DNA of 63,509 nt, filler included, from Chiloscyllium plagiosum (Eukaryota): the NCBI RefSeq assembly GCF_004010195.1. It is 5 parts of one record of this genome, joined end to end, with 100 filler letters (N's around TTAATTAATTAA, not from the genome) between each part and the next. Parts side by side here need not be neighbours in the genome. Positions count along the whole stretch, not along the records: positions 1 to 18,553 come from NC_057711.1; 4 more parts are not named here. One strand, written 5' to 3'. Every line of letters starts with the position of its first letter. Position 1 is the first letter of the stretch. Position numbers and translations under genes: made by a program. Positions 1 through 12,190 of the stretch are shown here, piece by piece. The notes beneath the pieces are model-generated. The model did no database searches. It had not been told where the DNA came from and worked only from the letters and a program-made list of their open reading frames with translations.

Positions 1-739
1 GACCCAACCTCTACTCCCGGCACCTTCCCTTGCGCCCGCAGGAGGTGCAACACTTGCGCCCATACCTCCCCCCTCACTTCTCTCCAAGGCCCCAAAGGAA
101 ACTTCCATATCCGCCACAGATTCACCTGCACCTCCACCCACATCATCTACTGCATCCGCTGCAGCCGGTGTGGCCTCCTCTATATTGGGGAGACAGGCCG
201 CCTACTTGCGGAGCGATTCAGAGAGCACCTCTGGGCCACCCGGACGAACCAACCCCACCAACCTGTGGCACAGCATTTCAACTCCCCCTCCCACTCCACC
301 GAGGATATGCAGGTCATTGGACTCATCCACCGCCAAACCACAACAACGCGACGGTCGGAGGAGGAGCGTCTTATCTTCCGACTGGGAGCCCTCCAACCAC
401 AGGGGATGAACTTGGACTTCACCAGTTTCTTCATTCCCCCCTCCCCCCACCTTGTCTCCGCCGGGTCCCTCCCGCCCGGCACCGCCTTCCTGTCCTGCAG
501 TCTTCTTCTTGTCCTCTCCGCCTCCATCCTACTCCGACCTATCACCCTCACCTTGACCTCTTTCCACCTATCACATTTCCAACTCCCCTCCTCCAAGTCC
601 CTCCTCCCTACCTTTTATCTTCTCCTGCTGAACACTCTCTGCTCATTCCTGAAGAAGGGCCTGTGCCCGAAACGTCGAATCTCCTGTTCCCTGGATGCTG
701 CCTGACCTGCTGTGCTGTTCCAGCAATAAAGTTTCAACA
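1..739 (+). mobile_element. Penelope-like element 3' end: GIY-YIG endonuclease C-terminus plus pseudo-LTR (family A)
   Basis: Frame 1 is open from base 1 to the stop at 705 and reads CxxxxCxxC...HIIYCIRCSRCGLLYIGETGR...RFREH...VAQHFN...EEERLIFRLGALQPQGMN, the GIY-YIG motif set of PLEs. It is followed by the C-rich pLTR seen many times in the window. Confidence 0.92.
645..680 (+). ncRNA. Minimal type I hammerhead ribozyme (PLE family A), intact core
   Basis: ATTC-CTGAAGA-A-GGGC(CTGT)GCCC-GAAA-C-GTC-GAAT: CUGANGA and GAAA cores, stem II, loopless palindromic stem III (ACGT), GUC cleavage triplet, stem I ATTC/GAAT. Confidence 0.85.
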
Positions 740-1700
740 TTGATGACTAGATCCTTCATTTTGCTGGTGTTGAGGGAGACATTGTTGTCTTTACACCATA
801 ATACTAAGCTGTCTATGTCTTTCCTGTAGTCTGTCCTGTCAGTGTTTGAGATCCAATGCACAATGGTGGTGTCATCAACAAATTTATGAATGGAGTTAGA
901 GCTAAATTTGGCCAAAGTGTTGTGAGTGTATAAGGAATATAGTAAAGGGTTGAATACGCAGCCTTGCTGGGCACCGGTGTTGAGGATTATTGTGGAAGAA
1001 GTGTTGTTGCTTATCCTTACTTGATTGCAATCTGTGGCTCAGGAAGTCAAGGATCCAGTTACAGAGCAGAGAGCAGAGTCCTGGGTCTCAGAATTTGGAA
1101 ATGGGTTTTGTTGAAATTATGGTGTTGAAAACTGAGCTAAAGTCAATAAATAGGGGTTTATGTTATGTAGGTGTCCTTCTTATCCAGGGATGACCATAGC
1201 ATCTGCCATGGACCTATTGTGATGGTAGGTGAATTGTAGCAGATCAAGACAATCTGGGAGGCTGGAGTCGATGTGCACTATTACTAACTTCTCATAACTC
1301 TCGAAAATAATGGATGTCAGAGCCACCGGCCAGCAGTCATTCAGGTGCATTGCCAGATTTTTCTTTGGCACCAGAATGATAGTGGTGTTCTTGAAGGAGG
1401 TGGGACCCTCAGATTGGAATAAGAAGACGATAATGATGACTGCACACACTCCTGCCAGCTGGTCCATGCAGAATCTTAGTGCAAGGCCAGGGACTCCATC
1501 TGGGCAGTCACTTTTTGTGAGTTCACTCTTCCTCAGGCCAGTCAGATGGCTGCGGCAGTGACTGTAGTACAGGTGCACCCAAGGCTGTCAGGCAGGTGAC
1601 ATTATTTCACTGAGCTTCTGTTCAAATTGAGCATTAAATGAATTAAGCTCATTGGGGAGGGGAGCATTGTTATCAGCAATTCTACTCGACTTTGCTTTGT
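740..1700 (-). mobile_element. Rex1/Babar-type LINE reverse transcriptase fragment, degenerate
   Basis: Minus ORFs read PDGVPGLALRFCMDQLAGV...FKNTTIILVPKK...LNDCWPVALTS...LQFTYHHNRSMADA and KFVDDTTIV...WCKDNNVSLNTSKMKDLVI, typical of Rex1 RT. Confidence 0.8.
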
Positions 1701-2594
1701 AGCCCGTTACATCATGTATATGTGGTCCAGGTTATATCATTATAGCAATCTATAAAATTGATCCACACATCTAATTTGGCAAAAAACAAAATTTGACATT
1801 CTATTAGATTCATGCATTACAATATAATGAATTTACTTTAATTATTTTCACTACAAAATTCAAGATTAATGTATGCAAAGTTATTGATTTTGGACCAAGG
1901 TAAAATATATGAAGTGCATTTTATTGCATATTTAATGAGAATTTTCACAAAATAATTAATGTTTTTAGTGTTAAAAATTATTTTGCTTTTGAGCCTTGCT
2001 TCATTTGATCTTAATCACATGTGAGCTGAAATGCTATAGCCATGCTGGATGGGAAAGATTAAGTAGGATTCACCTTCAAATAAACATGTTAATTTCTTTA
2101 ACAGTTTTAAATCCCCTTATGATATTGCATAGTCATGTTCAAAATAATAGCTACTAACATTAATGTTCATTAATGGTGTGCCAAGTTGTAAAATTTAGTA
2201 AGTGAGGCAAAATGTAGAAACTGGTAGAATCAAGATGCTTCCAATTATGCTTTAGCTGTTGTAACATATTACCAAATATTTAAATTCTCTGTACATTATA
2301 CATTCATCCATAATGAGACTGCTGCCTTTTCAGCAAACCACTGATAATATGATGACATTCATGCACTAATAAATGGTACTCGTCCAACTGAAAATCGATT
2401 TGAATTTCAAATATTTCATTTATGTGCATCGTTGTCTGGCTGCTAGAACCCAAACTCTCATTTCCTTATTCTTTTGGTTGTTTTTAACTAACTTTATAAA
2501 AGGCAAAACAAAATATGTTAAAGATGATCTAATCATGTCAGTGAACTATAGGTCAATACCACTGGGGACATTAAACCTCTTGTGATCTGCATAC

Positions 2595-2635
2595 CTCTTT
2601 GTTCATGACCTAATTTGTTATGTTAAAGTCATCAC
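2595..2635 (-). other. Candidate 41-nt exon ending ATG AAC AAA GAG (MNKE)
   Basis: Flanked by acceptor gattttctgcAG and donor GAG|GTATGC in non-repetitive DNA. An in-frame TAG lies two codons before the ATG. No homology recognised. Confidence 0.2.
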
Positions 2636-3914
2636 CTGCAGAAAATCACAGGGTGTGCCTTGGAAAGATGATCACATTTGCCAGGTGTCACATTTGAGCA
2701 TTCCTTATGGTGCAAACTCCCAATAAGGCAACATACGTAATGCAGAATTATATCAGCAATATTTGCATCGAATTTATGTATGCTCCTTTGCTTAAAGAAG
2801 CCATTGTAACAAATATGTTTCTGACCGTCTGGGAATTGAACAGAATTAAACTTTAGGTGTAATTACATAACTACTATCCTAAATATACTACATGAGTCAG
2901 AGTAAATATTTTATATATGGTCATGAAGAAAACAGGAATCACAGTATAATTTTGAATTTGCTGTAATTATGATATTAAAGATGAATTTTATTGTGATAAT
3001 AAAATAAGCTGTGGCTTTATTGTGGTATGGTGCTGCGTGATAGGATTGAATTGGGGAAAGGGGAGGCAAGAGTTTTGAATCTTGTATAAAACCTAGGACT
3101 ACATACCAGCAATTTAGCATCTTACTGAAGTATTGAACCTAAAGTCTTTTACAAACTTGAGGGAAGGGCTAAGCATGAAAATAAAAGCAAAGCAGGTGAA
3201 ATCAGCTAACTGGCATAGCTGTTTTTTGTAACTGCCACATCTTTTTATCGCCTTTATTTTTGGACAATGGACTCAGAAATAAAGATACTACTCTAACAAA
3301 GGATATTACATAAAGAGATGATGGTAATTTGAGCAAACTGAGTTGCATTCCAAATTGCTTTGCCCTGGAACAGTGAAAGCAAAAAGCTGACATCACAGAG
3401 CCAATAGGTTCTGAACCAAAGGAAAATTCCATGACAACAAATTGTTGTTCTGATTGTCTCCTGACCAGGTGACAATGGTTTATTTGCAGTAGATAACCAC
3501 ATAATCTGCAAAAAAAATTCAAAAAAACTCTCCCACTTATCTGAAGTTCCAGTTACCAGTAATAGCTAGTTATCTTTCATGCACTTTTCTCTGAAAATTT
3601 CCCAATGAAAGAGGAACAAAACATCTTTAAGGAAATGACAAATTCTCAGCTCGTGAATTCAAAGCTCGCATCAGTATGCACAATAGTTCCTGTCCTCAAT
3701 GACAAAGGTTAGGTTCAGCCCAGCACATCAGCACACATGATAAAGTTGAAGCATTTGCTGTCATTTTCAGCCAGAGTGCTGCATGGATGATCCATCTCAG
3801 CTATGTCCAGATGCCAGTCTCTAGGAAATTCAATTCACTCCATATGATAGCAAGACAAGGTGCCCTGACTAATGACTAAGACATATGACTTAGACATATG
3901 ACTAAGAAATATAT

Positions 3915-4105
3915 TATTGTTCTTTCAGTGTCAATGGGTCAAGATCCTGGAACTCACTAATGGTATTGAGGGTCTACCTACATCAAATGGTCTGCAGTGG
4001 TTCAAGAAGGCAGCTCACCAACACCTTCTCAAGGTCAACCAGGGATGGGCAATAAATGCTGGATGAGCCAGCAATACCAGCACCCCACAAGTAAATTAAA
4101 ATAAA
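3915..4105 (+). mobile_element. 3' tail of CR1/L2-group LINE (second family)
   Basis: Contains ggttcaagaaggcagctcacc...agggatgggcaataaatgctgg. The same tail recurs at ~7890-7995 (-), ~23055 (-), ~42130 (-), ~51655 (-) and in the SINEs at 23235 and 27265. Confidence 0.65.
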
Positions 4106-4631
4106 ATGGAAATACAAGAGAGACCACTTCTCCAAGTAGTAAGACTTCAGAATCAGTTAATATTGAATTATAATTAAAACAGCTTATAATTTTTTAAAAA
4201 GCTGGAGATTGAGTGCTAAATTAGAAACCAGGGAATGGAAATGGATCTTTAAAAACTGTGTTTTAAGGAAGAGGCATGAGAAAGGGAATATTAAAGCTGG
4301 GACTAGCGATGCAAAAGAGAAAAATAAGCAACATCAGATGCTGATGCAGGCTGTAATAGAGACAAACACTTGATCATAATCTAAAGTCCAGTAAGAAAAT
4401 GTTGAAGATTGTAAAGGCCCAATTAAAATTTTAGGAAAAGGATGTGGAGGAAGTCTTCATGCCTTCTGAGAAAATAATGAGACAAATGAATGGCCAAAGG
4501 AAAACTGGATATTGCCTACACAGAACAAGTTGACAGGTAGAGCACAGGAAATGTATAACGCACTGTCAATGAAGGATTATGAGACTAAAAATGCAAAACT
4601 ACATGCATGTTAGTTAGTTGCTGAAGTATAC

Positions 4632-5240
4632 ACGCGGCGTGACATCGAACAATTCTTCCGCCGCCTTCGCCTCCGTGCCTACTTCTTTAACCAAGACTCT
4701 CGCCCACCCTCTGACGACCCCTTCTCCCGCCTCCAACACACCCCATCCACCTGGACACCCCGTGCTGGCCTCCTACCTGCCTTCGACCTCTTCATAGCCA
4801 ACTGCCGCCGCGATATTAACCGCCACCTGAACTCCCCCACCCCTCTCACCCACTCCAACCTCTCACCCTCAGAACGCGCAGCCCTCCACACCCTCCGTTG
4901 CAACCCCAACCTCACTATCAAACCAGCTGACAAGGGAGGCGCGGTAGTAGTTTGGCGCACCGACCTCTACACTGCTGAGGCCAAACGCCATCTCGCAGAT
5001 ACCTCCTCCTACTGCCCCCTTGACCATGACCCCACCCCCCACCACCAAACCATCATCTCCCAGACCGTCCATAACCTCATCACCTCGGGGGATCTCCCAT
5101 CCACCGCCTCCAACCTCATAGTCCCACAACCCCGCACCTCCCGCTTCTACCTCCCGCCCAAAATCCACAAACCTGACTGCCCCGGCCGACCCATTGTCTC
5201 CGCCTGCTCCTGCCCCACCGAACTCATCTCCGCCTACCTG
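4632..5240 (+). mobile_element. Penelope-like RT N-terminal fragment, open frame of 203 codons without a start codon
   Basis: Reads FFRRLRLRAYF...SNLSPSERAAL..LR.NPNLTIKPADKGGAVVVW...RFYLPPKIHKPDCPGRPIVS...TELISAYL, with the PLE DKG and PKIHK/RPIVS motifs. Confidence 0.92.
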
Positions 5241-6296
5241 AAACAATCATTATCACAGAAGAAGTCATGTTGGGCAAATTAATGGAGGTAAGGATAGATA
5301 AGTCTCCTGGCCCTGATAGAATGCATCCAAGGGTACTAAAGAGATGGCAGGAGAAATAGCAGGTGCACTGGTGGTAATTTTCCAAAATTCGCTGGGGCAG
5401 TTCCAGCAGATTAGAAAATAGCAAATGTGATGCCACAGTTTAAAAAGGGAGATACACCAAAGATGGGAAGTTATAGACTGGTTAGCTTAACCTCTGTAGT
5501 GGCAAAGATGTTTGAGTCTATTATCAAGTAAGATATAGCAAGGAATCTCGATAGAAATTGTGCCATTGGGCAGACACTACATGGGTTCATGAAGGGCAGG
5601 TTGTGCTTAACAAATCTTTTGGAATTCTATGAAGACATTATGAGCAAGGTAGACAATGGGGACCCAGTGGATGTTGTGTACCTAGATTTCCAAAAGGTCT
5701 TTGACAATGTGCTGCACAAGAAGCTGCTGCATAAGATAAGGATGCATGGCGTTACGGGTAAAGTCTTAGCATGGATAGAGGATTGGTTGACTATTGGTCG
5801 GAATAGGTTGGAATTTAGAAGAATGAGGGGGGATCTTATGGAAACAAATAAAATTATGAAGGGGATAGAAGTAGGAAGGATGTTTTCAGTGGCAGGTGAA
5901 ACTGGGACAAGAGGACATAGCCTCAAGATTAGAGGGAGCAGATTTACGACTGATTGGAAAGGAACTTCTTCACCCAGAGGGTTGTTAATCCATAGAATTC
6001 CCTGCCCAGTGAAGTAATTGATGCTACTTCAGTAAACATTTTTAAAGCTAAGGTAGAATCTTTTGAACAATAAAAAATTTAAGGGATACAGTGAGAGCGC
6101 AGTAAGTGGAGCCGAGTCCATGAAAAGATCAACCATGAATTTATTGAATGGCAGAGCAGGACCGAAGGGCCGATGGATGACTTCTGCTCCTAGGTCTTAT
6201 CTTCTAAATGGGCTGAAAAAATAGCAAATGGAGTTCAATCTGGATAAATGCGAGGTATTGCAATTTGGGACAACAAACAAGGGTACGGTTTTTACA
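5241..6296 (+). mobile_element. CR1-type LINE fragments (RT with internal deletion and 3' tail, then a second short fragment)
   Basis: ORF 5589-6017 reads CLTNLLEFYED...VDVVYLDFQKVFDNV.HKKLL..., jumps to RRMRGDLMET...TRGHSLK, and the region has multiple stops and frameshifts. Confidence 0.85.
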
Positions 6297-6468
6297 ATTT
6301 CAGCACCGCCTTCCTAACCTGCAATCTTCTTCCCGACCTCTCCGCCCCCACCCCAGTCTGACCTATCACCCTCACCTTGACCTCTTTCCACCTATCACAT
6401 TTCCGATGCCCCTCCCCCAAGTCCCTCCTCCCTACCTTTTATCTTAGCCTGCTGGACAAACTTTCCTC

Positions 6469-6504
6469 ATTCCTGAAGAAGGGCTTATGCCCGAAACGTC
6501 GATT
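6469..6504 (+). ncRNA. Minimal hammerhead ribozyme (family A), intact core, within pLTR 6297-6597
   Basis: ATTC-CTGAAGA-A-GGGC(TTAT)GCCC-GAAA-C-GTC-GATT. Confidence 0.82.
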
Positions 6505-7019
6505 CTCCTGTTCCCTGGATGCTGCCTGACCTGCTGCGCTTTTCCAGCAACACATTTTCAGCTCTGATCTCCAGCATCTGCAGACCTCACTTTCTCCTGC
6601 TGAAGTATACAGGCAAAAGTATTGAAATTTAAGGAAAATCCGGAAACTCACATGGAATTTGGAAGGGTTAAGCAATGTAATTTTGATAGATGATTATAAG
6701 CATTAGGAGTTGAAGCCACATGTGAGGTTCTCAGAGAGATCACTATATTGGAAGAATTTAAAAACTCATTATCTTTGGTAGTAAGAACTCATTATCTTTT
6801 TGTTGAAACTGCTAGACAGGTAGCAGTGTTGGCTGATGATTATGAACTAATCCCCCTAAAAGTGAAAATCAAAAGTCCAAGTGTTTTCGTTGTAATACTG
6901 GAAATTTTGAAATGCTTTTAAATGCCTCCATGGAAGCTGAGGCTGAAGATATTCCAGAGTGCTATAACATTAAGAATAGTGTGATGATACTATGGCTTTA
7001 AGAGGTGTAATTTGTCCTT

Positions 7020-7597
7020 TTTTTTATGATGAGAGGTTGAGACAGAGATCAGAGTAGTCTGCTCCAAAGCTAATAAAGGAAATAGTTTATGATGCCTTGG
7101 ACATTTTTTTAAAGTTGTAACAATAGAAGCTGCCTGAATGGGTGGAGTCCAGCTCCCATAGACCCAGGATTTTAGTTTATCTTTCTGTAGTTGCTGGGGT
7201 CTTGAAGTTGGATGTGAAAGCTCTTATTGCTCTTTCTGTAACAGCTAAAAGCTGGGGTTCTCTCCTGCTGCTGAAATCACGTGTGAGACAATCTTTTACT
7301 GAACTTGTTTTTGCCAACGGTGTGTTAGGGGGTAAAATTATATTGGAACAGTTAATTAGCAGTTAATATACAGATTATTTTGTTAAGCAATTTGATAGAG
7401 TTACAGTTAAGCCAATTATTTTGTTTTTATTTTGTCTGTATTTTAATTATAGTATATGAATAAAGTGTGTTTTGTTTCCAAGTAGTTTGATCAATCAAAT
7501 TGCATTTGGAACACATCACCTTAAACTTATCTTTAAAGTAAGGGTCTACACTATCTTATTAATATATGTTAAGAGGGTTTGGACTGGTCCACAACAA
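7020..7597 (+). mobile_element. Probable solo LTR nested in the Gypsy remnant
   Basis: Non-coding block with AATAAA ending ...gtccacaaCA that interrupts Gypsy coding remnants. TSD not resolved. Confidence 0.4.
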
Positions 7598-7599
7598 CA

Positions 7600-8880
7600 G
7601 AGTTCTGATGAGGAAGTAGATGAGGAATGAATGGTTGCTCATCAGACAGTAGTATCACCTAAATATCACAAGAAGTATTGAAATTCTTATGTCGGGACAT
7701 GTAGGAATATTGAAAACCTATACATCAAAAAGCAGGTATTTTAACTGGCCCAGATTTCATCAGGGCATTATACAATCTGTGAAATGTGCCATAATGTTAG
7801 GTTATAGGTAAATCTCAGCATCAGTACTTAAATCCACACCTTTGATACTAACACCAGTTTTTGAAGAAACATTCAGTTGCGTTTTAAAAAATTTCTCATG
7901 AGCCATGGGCATCACTGGCTGGCCGGCATTTATTACCCATCCCTTGCTGCCCTTGAGAAGATGGTGGTGAGCTGCTTTCTTGAACCACTGCAATCCATCT
8001 GTTATTAGATTGTATGGGATTTTCAAAATTACAAGCAGGACACCAGTAAATCCTAACAATGATAGATATGACAACTCAGTTTCCACAAAGCATTCCTTTA
8101 TGGACAATTCCTGCAATGGTATCAGTGAAAGATTAACTCAATTTTTTTCTGACTATGGCCCACCAATTCAAATTTTATCTGTTCAAGGTTCCACCTTTAT
8201 GTCTAAAGTTTCCCAGACATAATCAGAAATGTAGGTATAAAACAATAGAAGTCAACTGCATGTCATCCTCAAACATGGGAAGTTTTGGAGAGATACTAAC
8301 AGACTCTGAAAACTATGATTAAAGCATATTGTCATGGATCAGTCATAATGTCATTGAATGGTGATTTATGTTCAACAGGTTAAATGGCCTACTTCTGTTC
8401 TTACATCTTATGGTCTTACCCACAGTATCAGGATAAAAGATTAGACTTCTTCATGTTTGCTACCAGGGATTCCCCAAATGAATTCACTGGATTTAGTGCC
8501 TTCAAATTGATTTATGGTCATGAGATAAGAGATCCATTAAATTTGATGAAGGAAACATTCTCAAAGGAGAAAGATGAATTGTCAATATTGGATTATTTGT
8601 CTGTGATTATAGAGAGATTGTCTGGAGCATGTAAAGTAACATAAGGGCATTTAAAAGTTTCACAATGAAAAGTAAAAGGATGGGTAATCAAACATGTTAT
8701 GACTAGCACATTTCATGCAGAAGACAAAGTATTGGTGCTACTGACTTTGCAAACTGAGCCTCTGACAGAAATTTGGTGCTCTGCACAATGTAGCTAAAAG
8801 GGTTAGTGAAGTGATATATGTGATAGATGCTCCTTATTGCCATGTAAACGCTTTAAGTATATCATCACAAAAAGGAGGAT
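7600..8880 (+). mobile_element. Gypsy integrase remnant
   Basis: Peptides ERLTQFFSDYGPPIQILSVQGSTFMSK, K.TACHPQT..VLERY..TLKTMIKAYC and DKRLDFFMFATRDSPNEFTGFSAFKLIYGHEIRDPL. Small LINE tails are nested at ~7890-7995 and ~8340-8415. Confidence 0.8.
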
Positions 8881-8911
8881 AAGAAGAAGCAAGTATGTCA
8901 GGTAGTTGAGT

Positions 8912-9039
8912 AGGAGAAAGTGAGGACTGCAGATGCTGGAGATCAGAACCGAAAAGTGTAGTACTGGAAAAGCACAACAGGTCAGGCAGCATCTGAGAAG
9001 CAGGAGAGCCAACATTTCGGGCCTAAGCCCTTCATCAGG
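8912..9039 (-). mobile_element. Solo PLE pLTR (family A) with hammerhead motif at 9008-9040
   Basis: Minus strand reads CCTGATGAAGGGCTTAGGCCCGAAATGTT. TCAGGTAGTTGAGTAG is repeated at 8898-8913 and 9035-9050, overlapping the element ends. Confidence 0.85.
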
Positions 9040-9191
9040 TAGTTGAGTAGTGAGGGATGATAAAAGTGAAATAGAAGGATGTATAGACCACTCACAAATT
9101 TGACAAGCCAATACAGGCATACTAGGACAATTAGACCCTGTGTTTTCATACTGAAAAGAAAGACGATGAGAACATCTAGTTCAGGTTCTTA

Positions 9192-9866
9192 GGTCATAGA
9201 GTCATAGAGTTATAGAGATGTACAGCATGGAAACAGACCCTTCGGTCCAACCCTTCCATGCTGACCAGATATCCAATCCAACCTCGTCCCACCTGCCAGC
9301 ACCCAGCCCATATCCCTCCAAACCTTTCCTATTCATATAACCATCCAAAATGCCTCTTAAATGTTACAATCGTATCAGCCTCCACCACTTCCTGTGGCAG
9401 CTCATTCCATACATGTACCACCCTCTGTGTGAAAACGTTGCCCCTTAGGTCTCTTTTACATCTTTCCTCTCTCACCCTAAACCTATGCCCTCTAGTTCTG
9501 GACTCCCCGAGCCCAGAGAAAAGACTTTGTCCATTTACCCTATCCATGCCCCTCATATTTTTGATAACCTCGATAAGGTCACCCCTCAGCCTCCGACGCT
9601 CCAGGGAAAACAGCCCCAGCCTGTTCAGCCTCTCCCTACAGCTCAAATCCTCCAACCCTGGCAACATCCTTGTAAATCTTTTCTGAACCCTTTCAAGTTT
9701 CGCAACATCTTTCCAATAGGAAGGAGACCAGAATTGCACGCAATATCCCAACAGTGGCCTAACCAATGTCCTGTACAGACGTAACATGACCTCCCAACTC
9801 CTGTACTCAATATTCTGGCCAATAAAGGAAAGCATACCAAATGCCACCTTCACTATCCTATCTATC
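9192..9866 (-). mobile_element. CR1-type LINE 3' end (HER1-like), relatively young
   Basis: ORF 9329-9853 reads LRLYRTLVRPLLGYCVQFWSP...LERVQKRFTRMLPGL...LFSLERRRLRGDLIEV...TRGHRF...FTQRVVHVWNELP. Tail of (TCTATGAC)n repeats. Confidence 0.92.
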
Positions 9867-9999
9867 TATTATTAAAATATCTGTAAAGGAACAGCTGAAT
9901 GTACAATGTGTTTCAAGTCAGTACCAATGACATAGGTAAAAAGAGAGATGAAGCTCTGCAAGCAGAATATAGGGAGCTAGGAAATAAATGAAAAAAGTA

Positions 10000-11750
10000 G
10001 CATATCAAAGCAGGATTATCATGCTGATCAGGAGTAGAATTGACTGGTTCTAAGTATGCTGGAGGAATGGTGTAGGTGTAAGGGAATTAAAATTTTGAGG
10101 TTTTCAACTGATTATGGGGAAGATGTGATCTTTATCTAGATGGGTTGCAACCCAGCAGGAACTGGGTCAATATCCTTGCAGGGCATTTATTAGTAATTAA
10201 CATTTAAACAAGAATGGCAGGTGAACAGGAAGTTGAGTGGGGAGATCAAAATTAGGGAAGGAGGGTTGGAAATGAAATATCAAAAAATAGAAAGTAAAAG
10301 TGGAAGGCAGGGGAAAGAAGGGCTCACAGCAAATAGGGCCACGGAGTATGAAATGTGCAAAAAATATCAAAAAGATGAATTTAAAGATACTAAAACTAAA
10401 AATGCATGGAGTGTTTTCAATCAGATTGATGATCTTGCAGTGCAAGTAGTTGTAAATAGGTATGATATGATTGAGAATACAGGTGACTGGGAACTGAATC
10501 TCCCAAGATATTTAAAAATGAGCAAGGATAGGCAAAAAGGAAAATGCAGTGGGGTGACATTGTTCGTGAAAAATGAAATCAGTGCAATCGTGACAAAGGT
10601 CATTGGTGAAGGAAACCAAGATGTGTAATCAGGCTGGGTGAAACTAAGAAGCAATAAGATGTGTAAACATTAGTGAGAGTTGCCTATAGGTCTCTAAACA
10701 ATTCAAATGGTAAGTCATGGTATTAAGCAGGAAATTAGAGGTGCATGCAATAAGGGGCTAGAGTCTGCATGGGTTACTTTAATCTAAATAAAGATTGGGC
10801 AAACCATGTTAACAATAATACTGTGGCAGATGGAATATGTAAAAGACAATGTTTTAGACCTTGAGGGACAAACTAGGGATTGTACTATTCTAGATATGAT
10901 TTTGTTCAATTAGAAGGGGTTAATAAATAATGTCTGTTCTGAGAGATCTTTTGGAAAAAGTGACCATAACATGATAGAATTCTTCATTGAAGTAGTCTAA
11001 TCCAAAACTATAGACCTAAACCTAAACAAAGAAAATTGCAAAGGGACGAGAAATAATTTGTGACAGACTGGGTAACTTCATTCAAAGGCAGAGACAGTGT
11101 TGGACAATGGCTAATACTTAAGAATGCACTGCAACAATTGTACATTCCTGAATGAGCGCAATAGGAAAAATGGTCCAACCATATCTAAAAGAAGAAATTC
11201 AGGATAATTTTGGATACAAAGAGGACCATACAAAGCTGTTCAAAAATATAACAAGGCTGAACACTGGGAGTAGTTTAGAATTCAGCAAAGGAGGACCAAA
11301 ATGGGAGAACTGATAATGGAGTACAAGGAATTGGCAGAACAATTAAACAGCTATGGGGAAGATGTAACTTGCATAAAGTGGACACAGGGAAGCAAGGGTC
11401 TATCAGGAGGAAGAAAGTGAAGGATATTGATATTAGTTAATAAATAGTGCAAGAGAAATTAATGAGACTGAAAGATAATAAGTCCCAAGGTCTGATAATC
11501 TACCATCCAGGATACTAAAGGAGATATCCATTGAAACAATGGATGTGTTGGTTGTCACCTTCCAAACTTTTATAGATTCTGGAACAGACTGGCAAATTAG
11601 AGTATGGCAAGTGTAACCTCGCTATTTTAAAAAAAAGGAGGGAGGGATAAATTTGGGAATTGCGGACTGGTTAGCCTAATATTGTAGTAGGCAAAATGCT
11701 GGAGTCTATTATAAAGGATGTGATAATAAGTCAGAACATATCAATGGGAT
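10000..11750 (+). mobile_element. Old CR1 LINE: end of ORF1, APE endonuclease and start of RT, degenerate
   Basis: NAWSVFNQIDDL...DRQKGKCSGVTLFVKNEI, an SDHNMIEF motif, and a KSQGLD.LPSRILKE region. Confidence 0.75.
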
Positions 11751-11759
11751 TAAATAGAA

Positions 11760-12190
11760 AAATTTCTTCATTAGAAATTTATTGATCTCTTTCCTGAACA
11801 TATTCAATGGTTGAGCTTCCACAGTCCTCTGCAGTCAAAAAAATCCAAAGATTCACTACCTGTGGAGAAAAGGAATTTCTCCTTATCCAAGTCCTAAATA
11901 GATTGCCCCTCACTCTGAGACTTTATCCCCTTGTTGTAGAATCTCCATTCTAAGGACAAAATATTTCTGCACCTACCCTGTCAAAAGTTTTGTGAATTTC
12001 CTTGAGATCCTAAATTCTAGAGAATACAGATCCAGTCTCATCAATTTTCGTCACAGAATCAGTCTGGTGAATCTGTGCTGCACTCCCTTCATGGCAAGTA
12101 TATCGTTAACAAGAAGATCAAACTGCACACAATATTCCAGGTGTGGTCTCAATGTGGTCTTCATAATCTGGAACATAACTTTATCTTTGA
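11760..12190 (-). mobile_element. Old CR1 3' fragment
   Basis: aactgcacacaatattccaggtgtggtctc is the reverse complement of the RPHLEYCVQF motif. Confidence 0.65.

Larger units (their letters stand above)
4633..6597 (+). mobile_element. Composite insertion: PLE RT fragment + CR1 fragments + PLE pLTR, bounded by a 14-bp TSD
   Basis: TGCTGAAGTATACA occurs at 4619-4632 and 6598-6611. Removing the unit restores the Gypsy gag sequence. Confidence 0.8.
4110..6900 (+). mobile_element. Gypsy LTR-retrotransposon gag remnant, interrupted by the 4633-6597 insertion
   Basis: Degenerate peptides EKDVEEVF...WPKENW...KLTGRAQEMYNALS...LVAEVY|RQKY.NLRK...LREITILEEFKNSL...ETARQVAVLADDYEL continue across the insertion. 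Confidence 0.75.

Noticed and set aside
30..743. Pro-rich 237-aa ORF and overlapping ORFs
   Set aside because: Alternative frames of the C-rich PLE endonuclease and pLTR.
3202..3522. Minus-strand ORFs after a poly-T acceptor
   Set aside because: No recognisable domain or good donor, and the length is compatible with chance.
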